A DNA stretch of 63,716 nt, filler included. It is 8 parts of 8 records of this genome, joined end to end, with 100 filler letters (N's around TTAATTAATTAA, not from the genome) between each part and the next. Parts side by side here need not be neighbours in the genome. Positions count along the whole stretch, not along the records: positions 1 to 13,217 come from SRR31147125_37011; 7 more parts are not named here. One strand, written 5' to 3'. A program made the translations under genes and the position numbers. Under the pieces are notes generated by a model that worked only from the letters and a program-made list of their open reading frames with translations, was not told where the DNA came from and made no database searches. Below, one piece after another: positions 1 through 12,267 of the stretch (its first letter is position 1; every line of letters begins with the position of its first letter).

Positions 1-1
1 T

Positions 2-151
2 GACACGGTTATGGAACTAACCCATACGGAGAATGATACAACAGAACATATAGATGTGGATCTTTTAAAGAAAACGGCTGATGTGCTTGGTGGGATTGTG
101 GAGGGGGTGGGTGAAATTGATAGTCCGTATGACAAGCATTTTGTCAAATAA
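2..151 (+). CDS. 3' end of a gene, possibly an M28-family peptidase (partial)
   Basis: Frame from base 2 reads DTVMELTHTENDTTEHIDVDLLKKTADVLGGIVE...FVK*. HTxxDTxExID resembles the M28 C-terminal motif. Only ~49 aa visible. Confidence 0.35.
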   Translation, partial: DTVMELTHTENDTTEHIDVDLLKKTADVLGGIVEGVGEIDSPYDKHFVK

Positions 152-231
152 TGACATTAGGATTGCGTTGACAATGAAAAGCCGAATTCGTTATTTATCA
201 AGTGTTACAGATAGGATTCTTTTGTTTATCA

Positions 232-980
232 CTATATCTTATTCTTTAACTCCAGGAGATTATCATCAAGACTATATCGGACTACATTGATGCGAGAAGA
301 ATTTTGTGCGATAAAATCTCCGGTTACTGTCGATAGGCGAAACGGAAAAAGCCAGGTGAATTAAGAAGAACATCAAGAGGCATTTTCCCCTCTTTTTCAG
401 CCAGCAGCCCACTTTCCAAAAGTGCCATTATCTCTTTGTAATCGGATACTAAAATATTTTGTCCCCTTTCATAACACCCTTTGATGTCCGAATCTTTAAG
501 AACATTCCATGCGACAAATGAACGAACCGTATAACGAGCGTTTCGTGCAACCGTTTCTCGATCACCATATTGTTCTTTTAGTCTGTTAAAAATTTGTTTT
601 TGAGTGATTTTTTCCTGCAGATTCAATAGCCGACCAACTTGTTTTGCCACATTGAACCAAAATGGATAGGCTGCTGAAATAACCGCCCAATGCAGTGGGA
701 GCCACTTTTTGGGGGGAAGCTCGCGAGCTAATTTTAACGCATCATTTCTGAAATCAAAAAGCTCATTGTTCGGCTTGCCCCACGCATTCATTAAATTATA
801 TACTATAAATGAACGTGTGTTTTCGCTCGTTGTTTTGTTCTCATCTTGAGAAATAATATCATGCAATTCTTTTCTAATTAATTTTTCATCTATACCAGCC
901 AGTAGCAGAGATGTAATTTTATTCATCCATTCCAAACGAATTACTTGTTTTATACCCAGTTTATTTTGTCTACTGCTCAT
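232..980 (-). CDS. brxA: BREX-3 terminal gene, BrxA-like (frameshift at ~345)
   Basis: Overlaps the pglZ stop and is the last gene of the cluster; contains LHWAVISAAYPFW and EQYGDRETVARNARY. One extra T in the T-run at ~345 extends it to FPFRLSTVTGDF...VRYSLDDNLLELKNKI* ending at 232. Confidence 0.65.
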
Positions 981-2984
981 TATCGTGCTCTCCGATCAAT
1001 TTTTACCAATGGCACGATGACTTCTTCAATCGATATCCCTCCATGCCCTACGATGTTATCACCTTCTTTTATAAATGCGTCTCTTCCTTCAGCTACCAGC
1101 GGGAAATAATCTGATGGCAGACCTATTGTTTTCCACTCTTTGGCAAATCCAAAGTTTTTCAAAATTTTTGATCGCAACTCAGGCGTTGGATATACTCGAA
1201 CACGTTCACCTCGTGTCTCAGCAATAGAGCCTTCTGACGGTCGACCTTTGCCTTTGCATTCAATGTTTCCGTGATCAGATGTGAGCCAAATTTGATAATT
1301 ATTATCCAGTAAGTGTTTTATTAATTTCGACATATAACCCTGTTTCACCCATTGTCGAATCTGGTTATGCATGCCAGCTGCGCCAAGCTGCATCCCGTGC
1401 ATTATTTTATCAATTTTATCTACCACCAAACCAATGGCCTTTGTTATGCCAGGATTAAATACAGGATCAAGATCTGTGATTGGATTTCCATCACCCAGGC
1501 CACGTTTGTAAGAAATATCTAAACGTGACAAGCCGTTACTTTCCCAAAGTTGCCGCCATAGCACAGGCTCATTATTTGTGGTGTTAATTGAATTTGGAAA
1601 ATAAAGAGGAGCCTTGCCTGCAAAAATAGACTGTCTGGAAACAGATGTTAATGTCGGGATCCACGCAAATACAGCAGACTCGTGTAAGGTAAGACCGTTT
1701 GATTGCTCCAATATAACTTTTTTTAATGTAATCCATTGGTCCAGTGCAAGGCCATCCAAAACTATTAATGCGACACCGGCGTTTTTCGAGTTATCCAGTT
1801 CTCGTGCGATATTACGTGATACATGGTGGAGCATTACCGGAGTGGTGGGCGGAAGGTTAACAAGGCCTGCATAGTGGTTGTTTAGCCACTTTGTAAAGGT
1901 TTTATTAATATCATTTCCAAACAAAAGAAAACGTTTCTTTTGTTCTTTTGTTGAATCGGTATATATGAGTGCTGCCAATTTCGACCATTTTTGGGCAAAA
2001 GAAGTCCAGTCAGAGTAGCGAAATTCCACTGTTGGTTTGTCTGCTTCAATTAAATCAAACAAACGGGTGATTCTCATGTTTGAATTTTTATCAGAATCAG
2101 TAATCCCGCTTTTTATCCAAGGGTCGGTTTGTAGAGCTCTTGAATCAAATTTGAGAAAATCACCTGTAGCTGGTGTGAGTTTTCCTTCTACAAACAGGTT
2201 GTCGATGTAAATTCGAATATCCTGATGGGCATATGGCAGATAACGTGGGCCAGAATATTTCAGTTTATAACCTAGGGATTCTTCTTTTATCTGATCAGAT
2301 GTATGTAGACTTTTAAGGAAAATAGGCCAACGTTCCTGTAGAAAAGTAAAAAGCTTTTTCATCAGGAATAATTTCATCAAGCGGCCATTCGGTAAATGCG
2401 TTGTGTCCTTTTAATGTATGCAAAAGTCGTTCAGAGAGAAGTAGAGGTATATCGAGAGAGTTGTAATGTATGCGTAAAAGAACGCGTAACAATTCAACGT
2501 CACTCTTTATTAATTCCGCAGCAATACCAAACACATGCCTGAGAATAAAGTCCTTTGTTGCGTTATCTCCGATACGACCCGGAGAATAGTTTTGCTGAGC
2601 ATCAAAAAGTGCATCCAGTAAACTACGATCAAGTTTTTCTATAACCGGATAGCTCAGATTAGGGAAAAGCGTACCCAGGTTAAAGGATAGCTTTTTTCCT
2701 GTTTTTAATAAATCAAATGGCAGGTTTTTTATTTCAGTATCCTGTAGTTTTAAAACGACGACAAGATCCGTATGTTTCCCCTGATCCCAAATGGATCTAT
2801 AATTCGATTCATAAACATATCGGAATTCAATGGCATCATGAAACTCTATAATATCAAAGCCGCGTTCTCTTAATGAAGCAGCTAATTTTTCTTCTGTCAA
2901 GAGAGCATCCGGATCAGAGACGATCGTTAATCGGCTCATTTTGGGTACAAACTCGTTTAATATGGCATCTCTCCAGCTACTCAA
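980..2984 (-). CDS. pglZ: BREX-3 PglZ alkaline-phosphatase-fold protein (frameshift at ~2350)
   Basis: ORFs 2313-2984 and 980-2380 join as DEKAF/FTFLQERW. Motifs ALIVLDGL, PTLTSVSRQSIF, WLTSDHGN and HGGISIEEVIVP are typical of PglZ. Confidence 0.9.
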
Positions 2985-3132
2985 CCTCTTCTCCTTTTGT
3001 AATTTTTATAACATGGAGCTGTCTTATCTCCAGGATAGCATGCCGTGTTGACTTTTCCTTTGCCATGCAGCTCTCTTCTTTCGGCTTTACCATCATAGGC
3101 CTAATCATGGGCTTTATCATGGGCCTCATCAT
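2977..3132 (-). pseudogene. Deletion scar, possibly the C-terminal remnant of the BrxHII helicase
   Basis: A 51-aa frame ending ...STRHAILEIRQLHVIKITKGEEVE* overlaps the pglZ start, the usual position of the brxHII end. Similarity to helicase C-termini is from memory only. Confidence 0.35.
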
Positions 3133-3199
3133 AGTATGCTTTAATCTCAATATGTTTGTATCGATTCTGTATAATGGGCGTGTTTAAACTCAAGGTTTT

Positions 3200-6063
3200 T
3201 CATTCGCCTTTATATTCATCCAGACTTCTCGTCACTGCCTGGTCGTACCACATCAGTAGCTTTGGGTCTTCTTCCAGGATTTTGTTTGGTATTTTTTCAG
3301 CCACATTGATAATGGTGGCATAGTCACGTTCCTGCCAGCATTTTTTGAATCCGGCACGCACAGCTTCCAGTCGGAAGATCTTTAGTTTTTTACTGGACTC
3401 TTTGTATTCGTCAAACTCTTTCAATAAGGATTTCTCGCGGAGTTTCTCCAGATCACCGGCTTTGTTTGGATCCGGAACATACCAGCGGTCTTTGGCTTTG
3501 GCTATTAATGCCGCATCGTCTTTTTGACGGTTTCGCATATCCTTCCAGTTACTGGAAAGATAACTGTGAATCTGGTCCGGGACATTCCCTTTGCCATCAT
3601 AACACAAAAAGTTCTGTTCAAGCAGTGTTGAGAGCTCTAACGGTTTTTCGTTTTTGCTCCAGCCGCTGATCTCTTTCATAAATTGCGGAGTGAGATCCTG
3701 AAAACTTTGTGGTTTATTGTGTAAAAGGTTTCTGAGCCATTCGATTGCTGTTGATTCATCCTGCACAAACATAGAACGTTGAATCATATTTCCGCCGTTC
3801 ATCATTTTCTTGCGATCATATTCCGCCACCTGTTCCGCCAGGAAATACATACCGTCTCGCTCGGAAAAACGCTGGGATAAGCCCAGACGGAACTCCTGAC
3901 TGTCGACAGGAACGTTGTAGCCCTTACGCACATAATAGGCGATAACCTTATCATAGAGAATTCTCGGATCACGCTCGGGAATAGCTACAATGTCAAGCCC
4001 TTGCTTTTTGGTGACCGGCAGGTATTTTAAATGGGTACGCACAAAGTCCCATACGCCTTCCTCAGTTTCTGCTTCTGTTATAAAGCGCTCTTCAAAACCG
4101 CCGTTGGGTTTGTAAGCAGATATGACAAGATCTTGCTTTACTGAAGTGGGATTATTAACTGCATTAAAGCTACCTTGTTTTTTATCTAGTGCAGAAACGT
4201 TTGCTATTATAAAACCTGCTTCGATAAGTGCTAACTGAATGTTATTCCACACCGAAGCTTTTGTATTGGAGAATTCTACAGTCATCCAACGGCCTGGTTT
4301 CAATATCCTATAAGTTTCATCAAAACATTTAGTCATTAATTTACGATATTCGCCAACTCCTTTGCTTTGCGTTCTATTTTCAATCGCCTCAGTTTTTGAA
4401 TTCGTTCGAATTCCAAGCCATGATTCCCAAAGAAAATTTAATTCAGAATACATTAAATTTGATCCAAATGGAGGATCAATAAAAACATAATCCAAAGATT
4501 CATCTGAACAGCTTATTAACAATGAAAGTGATCCAACCTGAAGCACATTCTTAGATTCTGGTAATACTTCAAAGATTTTCTGAAATCGTTTAGTATGTTG
4601 TCCTAAAACTTTAGTTACAGGGATTTCTTTTATCAGTGAGGGGATATAAAGAGTACCATTCATCGGGCCCCCTCCAGCCCCGAGGCTTCCATTTTGAGAA
4701 CGAAAACGATATTGCAAGCTCAACACAATTGCGGAAGAAGTTAAATTAAACAACAATCTTGTTGAGAGCGGTGATAGTTGAGCTAAGTTTACAAATTGGC
4801 TGAGAGTTTTAAGTGCCCTTTTTGTATAAAACTCACATGCATATCCAATTCCAACAGCACGTGGGTCACTCATTTTATCTCCTTCAGGAAGACTATCTTT
4901 GGGGAATCTTGTATCTACTGGTAGTTTCTTGATATTTTCAAGTTTTTCTATGTCGAATTGATCAGGACGCTTAGTAAAAGCTTTATTACCTACTTTATAA
5001 TGAATCAAAACGGGGATCTGCTTTGTAAATTTTCTTACTTCTTTAAGTTCCATACTGAATTCATTTGACCACGATCTTTCAAGCTTCCTTTTAGCTAATT
5101 CAGCATTACAATGAGGACATACAAAGTCATCCATTACTTTGTATGTTTGTGGGTCAACAGCAGCATCCCAAAATACAACTTCTCCCGCACACTCTGGACA
5201 CACAAAAACATCAGACCATACAGTATAATTGATTTTACCTTTGGTCTTTCCATCCGTATGTATCGTTTCATACATCCAGCCGCATTCTTCTTCTACTTCT
5301 GCAAGAATCCGCTTTGCTTCCTGCTCAAAAGCAAAAACATCAACAGGTGTATTATAGTTATAGGCAATAAAGGTAGCTGCAGGTGATAAATCATTTAATA
5401 CAGCCCGACGAGCACCAAGCTTTGAAAAAGGAGTCCAGGTTTTTTCCCATCGTCTGCTATTTCCTGCTGTACAATTGTTCCATCCTGTTCTACCTTGTAT
5501 CCCAGAGATTCAACCGTTGCTTTATCTCCGCACATCTGCGCCGCTACACCGGTCATGCCGGTTCCGCAGAATCCGTCAAAAACAATGTCTCCTGGCTCAG
5601 TATAATGGAGGATGTAGCGCATAATAGCCTTATGCGGCACCTTGGTGTGATAGCTGTGGGCATTATAAATTGGATCGTTTTTCCCTTCACTCACATCCGC
5701 TGCAAATGGTTCTCTGTGGTATTGATAATCCTCCGGTTTTTTCGGCTTTTGATGTTCCCACTCTTTGATGAACTCACCTATCCAGGGATTCGGGCAGGCA
5801 GTGTAATATGGCGGATCACTGAGTTTCAGAATGTCTTCATCCTCACCAATAGAAAATCCCTCGATCTTGCGGAATTCCGGATCTTTGAGTTTTTCGCGAA
5901 GCAAATTTGTGAAATGCTCCCGACGTGCTGATTCGTTTTGAAATTCCTGGCCAAGGCATACCACCGGTCCTTCATTAACCACAAGTTCTTCTTCAAACAA
6001 ATGTCCGGAACCGGCTTTAGCGGGAACGAGTTTTGCTTTAAACAGGCTTGCTTGCTTGCTCAT
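3200..6063 (-). CDS. pglXI: BREX-3 adenine DNA methyltransferase PglXI (frameshift at ~5440)
   Basis: SAM-binding VFDGFCGTGMTG, catalytic IDPPF and two CxxC pairs. ORFs 5395-6063 and 3200-5275 join via KTWTPFSKLGARRAVLNDLSPAATF if an A6 run is A7. Confidence 0.85.
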
Positions 6064-6114
6064 ATGTTAAATCCTTTTTCAACAGCGAATGAATCCAACG
6101 CGACGAGAAATCTT

Positions 6115-7598
6115 TTAATTTTTGTTTTTTCCTACCAGAATGTGAAGTCCCTTGGCAGTCAGTCGATATTTCTGCAGTCGACTTTTCGGTTTGTCAGGGA
6201 TGGTGTAGGCTACCACATCTTTTTTCAAAAGGCTGGCCATCAGGTCATTCAGGTAACGTGTGGGCTTGCTCTTTCCAAGGTTTTTAGCAATCTCTTTCTT
6301 GCTCATTGCTCCTTTTTGAAGCTTACCAAGAATGTCCAACGCCATTTTTGACTCACCCCCTGACTCACCCCCTGACTCTACCCCTAACTCTTCCCCTGAC
6401 ACGAATATGTCATGGGGCTCGAATTTTTTAACTCCTATCCTTATTCGGAAAACATCCCCTTCAACCATTTCCGTATCCCGACCTCCGAAGGCCTGGCCGT
6501 ATTTCATCAGGTTGCGGACACCAGAGCCCAGTTCATCAGCCCGGCCGATCTCTTTGAAAAAGCGGGCCATTACAGGATTTTTGGAAAAGGCGAAAATGTT
6601 GTCGGATTGATTACGCCGAATCCGTGTGGTTTGTTACTGTTTTCGGTGCGCACTTGATCACGTTCAATGATCAGCTTTGCCGGGAATGGATTCATATATT
6701 CACGGTGAATCAAAATGTTAGAGGCCACTTCGCGAAAAATAGCATCCCGTAAACTGATACGCAGATCTCCCTCCAGATAAAAGGGATCAGGCAAATGTTT
6801 GGCAATAAAGGCCATGATTCGGTCATAGCTTTCAATCAGATTCGTGCGCACATCGTCCCTGTCATCATAACGATCTAAATTGATTCGGCGCAGGATGAGA
6901 TCAGTGCGATGGTGCGGAACAACAGATAAAATGGTTTCATCTGTACCTAAAAGTAGTATTCCTGCCATTGTGAATCCACTCTGCCCCGTCTGAAAGTCTG
7001 TTTGGTAAAGCTGTGCGCTTTTCATAAGCTCCAAATCATTCATTGCCAACCATGGGTGGTCTTTACGTTGAATCCCGGCAATCTTTCTAACTCTGGCAAT
7101 CAAATCTTTACGAAAATCTGCAAGTTTGGCAAATGGATATATCTTGTTTTCAGAATAGGAAGATTGTTTTCTCTGATATAAATCTGCAACCATACGGGTA
7201 TTGTTCGTAATATTCAGATCCCCATCTTCGTTACGATCAAAAATGTGATTGTTGCAGCGGTGTACTTGAGAACTTTCAGGAACATAAATCCGCAGCACTG
7301 TTTTTTCACTAATAAGAACTTCATCTATAGAGAGATAACAGGCCGGGTTGATCTTTTGCGTATTATTGATCGATGTTACAAAATCCTTTTTTATCTGTAT
7401 TATACAGTCAGGAGACACGCCGGTTACCACACCAGAATCATTGACGCCAAGTAACAATGTTCCTCCATGCCGGTTCAGAAAAGCGCAGACCGTTTCATAA
7501 ACATCCCGGTTCAGGCTATTTTGGCATTCTTTGAATTCAACAGTCAGGCCTTCGCCCTGTTGAATGAGCTTTAATAGTCTGCTTTCATTTGTATTCAT
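6115..7598 (-). CDS. Schlafen/AlbA_2 domain + HATPase_c_4-type domain + C-terminal HTH (frameshift at ~6580)
   Basis: N-terminal GEGLTVEFKE...VCAFLNRHGGTLLLGVND (AlbA_2); REVASNILIHREY and ADELGSGV (HATPase_c_4-like); GVESGGESGGES linker; YTIPDKPKSRLQKYRLT tail. Halves join as FPKN/PVMARFF. Confidence 0.85.
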
Positions 7599-7607
7599 GA
7601 GCAGGTC

Positions 7608-10600
7608 CTATTCTATCACAATTCGAACTTTGACAGGATCTTTATCTCTGGTTAATCCGTCAATATAGTCATCAAACCGTTTTTTTATCTCTGCTGTAGT
7701 AGCCGGACCGCCACAGACTTTCAGGGCATGCTGCAGATCTTTTGTTTTGACAGATATTTTTATCAGTCCGGATAACACCTCCCGCAGAGCACTTATAAAC
7801 TCCTCATCAAGCGGTTCCGGGAGCTCCCGGGATTTTATAAACATGTCAACAGCCTGCCTGGATTCTGATTTCAGCAATTCCAGATTTGATTGCGTAACGG
7901 GGTCCTTAAGGTTTTTCAGTATAGTTTCAGTCCATCCTTCGAGCATTCTGTCCAACTCGTCATCAAGCTGATCCAGCCTGGTTGAAGCCTGCATCAGTGT
8001 TCCCTGGTTTTCTACGGATGGTTTGTAACTGCAATATGGGCATACCGGTGTCTTTTCAAGATCCTGCTCTGTCATTGAAAAACAGCTTTCCAGAGGATCG
8101 AATCCCGCTCGAAGGTCATTTAGCTGTTGCCTTGGCATCAGGTCTATACTAGCCAGCTTTTGCAGTATCTGCAGACGGCCATCTTTCAATAACGCGGCCT
8201 TTCGCTTGTCATCGGCTAGCCCCAGACGAGCCTTGGTGTGCAGGGTTGTGTAAATAGTTATGTATTCTTTTTTCAGCTGACTCAATTTTTGATTGACAGA
8301 TGGTCCCAGGCTTTGAACACTGGAGGGTGTCTTTTGGATCTCAGCAACAATATCTTGTCTGATTGCTTTCATGCGATCCACCCAGTTATGGTCTGACGGT
8401 AAAACCGCTTCTGCCGTAGATAACCAGGATGCGGCCGCTCCATAATCGGTAACAAGCTCTCGGAGGGCATTGATCATATTCAATGACTCAATTGCTTTTC
8501 CGAATCCGGCAATGTTTTCTGAACTGTATTTAAAATTTTTCAGTTTTCCCGGTGTTGTATATGCCTGCAGAGATTCGAAAAAGTCCTTGGCTTTACTCAA
8601 AATTTCGTTTTGCTCCGCAAGATATGATCCGGACAACAAATCAACACCCCAAAATGTTAGACCTTCACGGAGAGACTGCTGTGTCAGCACTATTTTCTTT
8701 ACAATTCCCATTACGGAATGTTGTAATTGTTGCACAGGCTCATCTTTCCCCTGTAAGCTCAGCTGAGCCATTCCCGGAGACATTCCCAGTAACTCAAAAA
8801 GAGCCATCAATGCCTTTAAATCCCCTACGACGGGTTGCCCCAGATGTTTGAAACGAACAAGCTCATCCATGGATGTTCCAGCCATCATTTGAAGGGCGGT
8901 GGCATCAAACTTTTTTCCAGGGATAGCCAATGTGAGGTCGCCTGTATAAATCAGGGCTGCGATAATGACGATGCACCATTCCGGCTCCAGTCTTGCTTTT
9001 CCGGGATTCATGTATTCCAAACCATAGTTATCACGGATGATTTCACTGCGGTTGACAACCTGACCGTCACCTTTCTGTTTGATAATATCGAGAATAAAGG
9101 ACGTATATTTAGATTTATGTGGATCAATCTTGTCTGCATCCAACAGCTCAAGAGCATCCAAAACAGCAGTTGCCTGCTTGGTACGACTCTGACCGGATAT
9201 GGCACGTAGTGCATCCATGGCAGCCTGTTGTCTGTTACTGCCTGTTATCATTACAGAGAAAAATGGGTAATCAGGAGCCTGATCTTCGAAACATGTGGAT
9301 AGACAGATTCCGCTAATGGTATTGATTAAATCCCGAAAGTTTATGGTTTCATAAGCAGAGATGCCGGCGAGATCTCTCAGTGATTTACCTTTAGCCCAGT
9401 CGGCAATGGATTGGGTGCGTGCCTGGTATGTCACCTCAAAAGCGTCCATCATGTGTTTTTGCAGCCACTGAACCAGTTTGCGCAAGAAATTCTTGGCCTT
9501 GGCCTCGTAAGTCGTCTTTGCAGGACCGGATGATGTAGATGCCAAATCAGAAGCGGCCGCATAGCTTTTCAGCGAAAATTGGAACTCTTCATCAGTATTT
9601 ATAAGGCGAAAAAATACTTCATCACTGTTTTTGTTTTGTATGTATCTGTTTATTTTAGAACTCGGATTAAAAACCTGTATAAAGTAGAGATAAAAATCTC
9701 TCTGGGGAACGGCTGTTGAACGTTCGTCCGGTGAGCCAAAGAAAAGGTAACCGGTTCTGGCTGCTTTACGTTCCTGCCATTTGAGTTCGTGTTGCCAGAT
9801 ATTGTAACCGGTCACATAAGTGCTGTCCTGGCATTCCATAACACGGAGAAGTGCCTGATAATAGTAACGATCCAGCTGCGAATCATCAAGGCTTTCGGTA
9901 CGTTTGTCAATTAATGCGTCAAAATCATCCGTCTTTTTCAGGTCCAGGTAATACTGTCTGTTATCCGGATTAGAAGATATGAATTGTCCACTGACTGTTT
10001 TGTGAATTTCACGCAACACCGTTTCAATATGTGTTAACAAATCAAGTTCCGGCTCATCACTACCCATGTCAGCAATCATGCTGTCATACAAGCATAAACC
10101 ATCACGTAATTCTGCTGCAGTAGCACCCAGCGCGGCATAAATATCACCCATTGTTAGACGATGAACAGAGAGTGCATGGATCAGTCGTAATGCCATGGTT
10201 TTATAGGCCGGTCGGGTAAAAGCTTGTTGTATTCGGGATTCTAAAACATGGCTGCAATCTATAACTGCTCTTATGTCCGGATTAGCCCTGTTTGAAGCAT
10301 TCTGATTTAATACTGCCCAGTAAGTGTCATATGCAATTAAGCCGGGTTTATCATCTGGAACATCCTCCTCAAGAATACTTTTCATTCCCAAAGATAAAGT
10401 TCGAAGTACTTCACGTTTTTCAACAACGGTCACTCGTTCAAAGGCATCAATATAATCGGGATGCACCGGAAATAATCGTACGAATTCGTCCATGCGCTCA
10501 TTCATATTCCCGTAATACCTGGCAAATGGTATGAGATATTCCCGGATTTTGACTTGTTGCTCAGCAGTCTTTTTTAACAAACGCTCGGATACGACAAATT

Positions 10601-11354
10601 TGATATCGCTTCGGGCAATCAGGATTTGCTCAAAACGGTCTTTTACACGGCGGATACTGTCGGCAACAAAGGCGAATCGTGGGCTATCAAAGATGGCTTC
10701 CTGCACTCCGGCTATAAATCGGAAACGTGAACTTTTGGCATATTCGCCAATTTCTCGTAGGAAATTCAGATCTAATATCAATTCCTGATCTTTTCGGGAT
10801 CTGAGGTAATCAAGAAGCTCATCAACGACAAGGAGCAAGCCATGGTCCGGATATTTTTCCAGGAATTTGGCCTCCATTTCCTCAAAGGTCCGTTTATGAC
10901 CGGATATTGTTCCCGCATCCGGGAATATATAATCCACACCCAGTTTTTCCAGATGTCCTTCCAACTCGGCAATCAAAATGTCGCGGAGTGACATGGTTGT
11001 AGCGCCTATCTCAGTGCGAATGACTTTAAAACAACCGGCAATCTGTTTAGCTGATTCAGCTACACCTGGGTGATTCAAAGCGGAGAGGAGTGATGTATCT
11101 TCAGCAATACTCGATACAACAGACATAAAGTGAGATTTACCAGTACCGTAATTACCAACAACCAATATTCCCTTATTGTCGGCTGGCTTTTCAAACTGGA
11201 GTTGGGGAAAAACAAGGTTCGTTAAGCGCTCGGCCATTTCATCTGAAATTACAAAAGTATTAACCAGTTTGTGCGCTGCTAATGTCTCATTTGCGTCACG
11301 TAACTGTACGACTGTTTCGATCGGATCAAATTGAATTAACTCTCGGTATTTCAT
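7608..11354 (-). CDS. brxC: BREX-3 large P-loop ATPase (BrxC/PglY, DUF6079 family), 1248 aa
   Basis: Walker [10 protein letters not shown], Walker B LLVVDE, FPVHP motif, C-terminal CPYC; coupled to brxF. Confidence 0.85.
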   Translation of the reverse strand: MKYRELIQFDPIETVVQLRDANETLAAHKLVNTFVISDEMAERLTNLVFPQLQFEKPADNKGILVVGNYGTGKSHFMSVVSSIAEDTSLLSALNHPGVAESAKQIAGCFKVIRTEIGATTMSLRDILIAELEGHLEKLGVDYIFPDAGTISGHKRTFEEMEAKFLEKYPDHGLLLVVDELLDYLRSRKDQELILDLNFLREIGEYAKSSRFRFIAGVQEAIFDSPRFAFVADSIRRVKDRFEQILIARSDIKFVVSERLLKKTAEQQVKIREYLIPFARYYGNMNERMDEFVRLFPVHPDYIDAFERVTVVEKREVLRTLSLGMKSILEEDVPDDKPGLIAYDTYWAVLNQNASNRANPDIRAVIDCSHVLESRIQQAFTRPAYKTMALRLIHALSVHRLTMGDIYAALGATAAELRDGLCLYDSMIADMGSDEPELDLLTHIETVLREIHKTVSGQFISSNPDNRQYYLDLKKTDDFDALIDKRTESLDDSQLDRYYYQALLRVMECQDSTYVTGYNIWQHELKWQERKAARTGYLFFGSPDERSTAVPQRDFYLYFIQVFNPSSKINRYIQNKNSDEVFFRLINTDEEFQFSLKSYAAASDLASTSSGPAKTTYEAKAKNFLRKLVQWLQKHMMDAFEVTYQARTQSIADWAKGKSLRDLAGISAYETINFRDLINTISGICLSTCFEDQAPDYPFFSVMITGSNRQQAAMDALRAISGQSRTKQATAVLDALELLDADKIDPHKSKYTSFILDIIKQKGDGQVVNRSEIIRDNYGLEYMNPGKARLEPEWCIVIIAALIYTGDLTLAIPGKKFDATALQMMAGTSMDELVRFKHLGQPVVGDLKALMALFELLGMSPGMAQLSLQGKDEPVQQLQHSVMGIVKKIVLTQQSLREGLTFWGVDLLSGSYLAEQNEILSKAKDFFESLQAYTTPGKLKNFKYSSENIAGFGKAIESLNMINALRELVTDYGAAASWLSTAEAVLPSDHNWVDRMKAIRQDIVAEIQKTPSSVQSLGPSVNQKLSQLKKEYITIYTTLHTKARLGLADDKRKAALLKDGRLQILQKLASIDLMPRQQLNDLRAGFDPLESCFSMTEQDLEKTPVCPYCSYKPSVENQGTLMQASTRLDQLDDELDRMLEGWTETILKNLKDPVTQSNLELLKSESRQAVDMFIKSRELPEPLDEEFISALREVLSGLIKISVKTKDLQHALKVCGGPATTAEIKKRFDDYIDGLTRDKDPVKVRIVIE

Positions 11355-11866
11355 TATTTGTCTACCTCTCTAAAGTCGGTTCTGGTTTTAAAATTGCCCC
11401 TGCCTTCCATGTTAACGGTTAAAAAATCTGTAATCTCATAGGCTCTGTATTCAGGATGTCCTGCTTCCGCATACAGTAACTTCGAGCCGTCTTGTCTACC
11501 ACTCCACGATGAGATTATTATTTTGTTACGTGAAATCTTTTGCAAGAGTCTCAAGGGATCTTGTTTGAGATTTGTATCAAAAAGTATTTCAATATTGTCG
11601 AGAATGACTATTTCTTTTGCTTCCCTAATTACATTTTCTAATATCTTTGGTAGTTGCAGAGACCTTTGTTTTGGTATCATTTCCAGGAGATGTTTCGATA
11701 AATACAGGTTTAGATTTAGGATCTCAACACCAAGATGTTTGCATAACTTGTCGAGCGTTTTTGTTTTACCAGAACCCGATTCCCCAATAAGAAATACAAG
11801 TCGGTAGTAAAGCCCTTCAGATGCCGCTATCGCACATTTTAGTAAATTTTCAATAGGTTCTGCCAT
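11354..11866 (-). CDS. brxF: BREX-3 small P-loop protein BrxF
   Basis: 170 aa with [27 protein letters not shown] and [10 protein letters not shown]; first gene of the cluster. Confidence 0.85.
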   Translation of the reverse strand: MAEPIENLLKCAIAASEGLYYRLVFLIGESGSGKTKTLDKLCKHLGVEILNLNLYLSKHLLEMIPKQRSLQLPKILENVIREAKEIVILDNIEILFDTNLKQDPLRLLQKISRNKIIISSWSGRQDGSKLLYAEAGHPEYRAYEITDFLTVNMEGRGNFKTRTDFREVDK

Positions 11867-12208
11867 TTGCTGCCCCTTATTCCAGCGTTTTCGTCCGGCT
11901 TGCCCTGTTTATTAGATGCCTCAACTCGTTTTGCCCATTTGTTAGCCACGACTTTTTTGTTTGCTCAAAGACGGCTGAATCTTCAGAATAAATCCAACAC
12001 AGACTTTGCTTTGTTGATTACGAATTCTCACATAATGAAAAAAATATCATAGTCCTGATTGCCATATTCCACAAACTCTCTTTTCAAAGCTGTATTTATT
12101 AAAATACTATGTTTTAGGGATAAAAATTTTCAGAGTAGATATATAATATATACAGTTTACACCCCGATGTCAAACAATTTGTAGAGAATGGTTCTGTTTT
12201 ATCCAAAC

Positions 12209-12255
12209 AAAAAAACCCGCCTCCCCAGAGATCCCTCTGAAAAGTCGGGTTTTTT
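12209..12255. terminator. Bidirectional intrinsic terminator downstream of ssrA
   Basis: AAAAAACCCG...CAGAG-atcc-CTCTG...CGGGTTTTTT hairpin with A and T tails. Confidence 0.7.
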
Positions 12256-12267
12256 AAAATAAATGTG

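Noticed and set aside
5435..5450. Phase variation of the PglXI methylase at a homopolymer, as described for pglX in the Streptomyces Pgl system
   Set aside because: The run is only 6-7 nt, and the same kind of slip occurs in housekeeping genes on unrelated contigs; sequencing error is more parsimonious.
6349..6390. TGACTCACCCCC tandem repeat as a regulatory or contingency locus
   Set aside because: It is a 12-nt in-frame unit encoding the GESG linker of the AlbA_2 protein.
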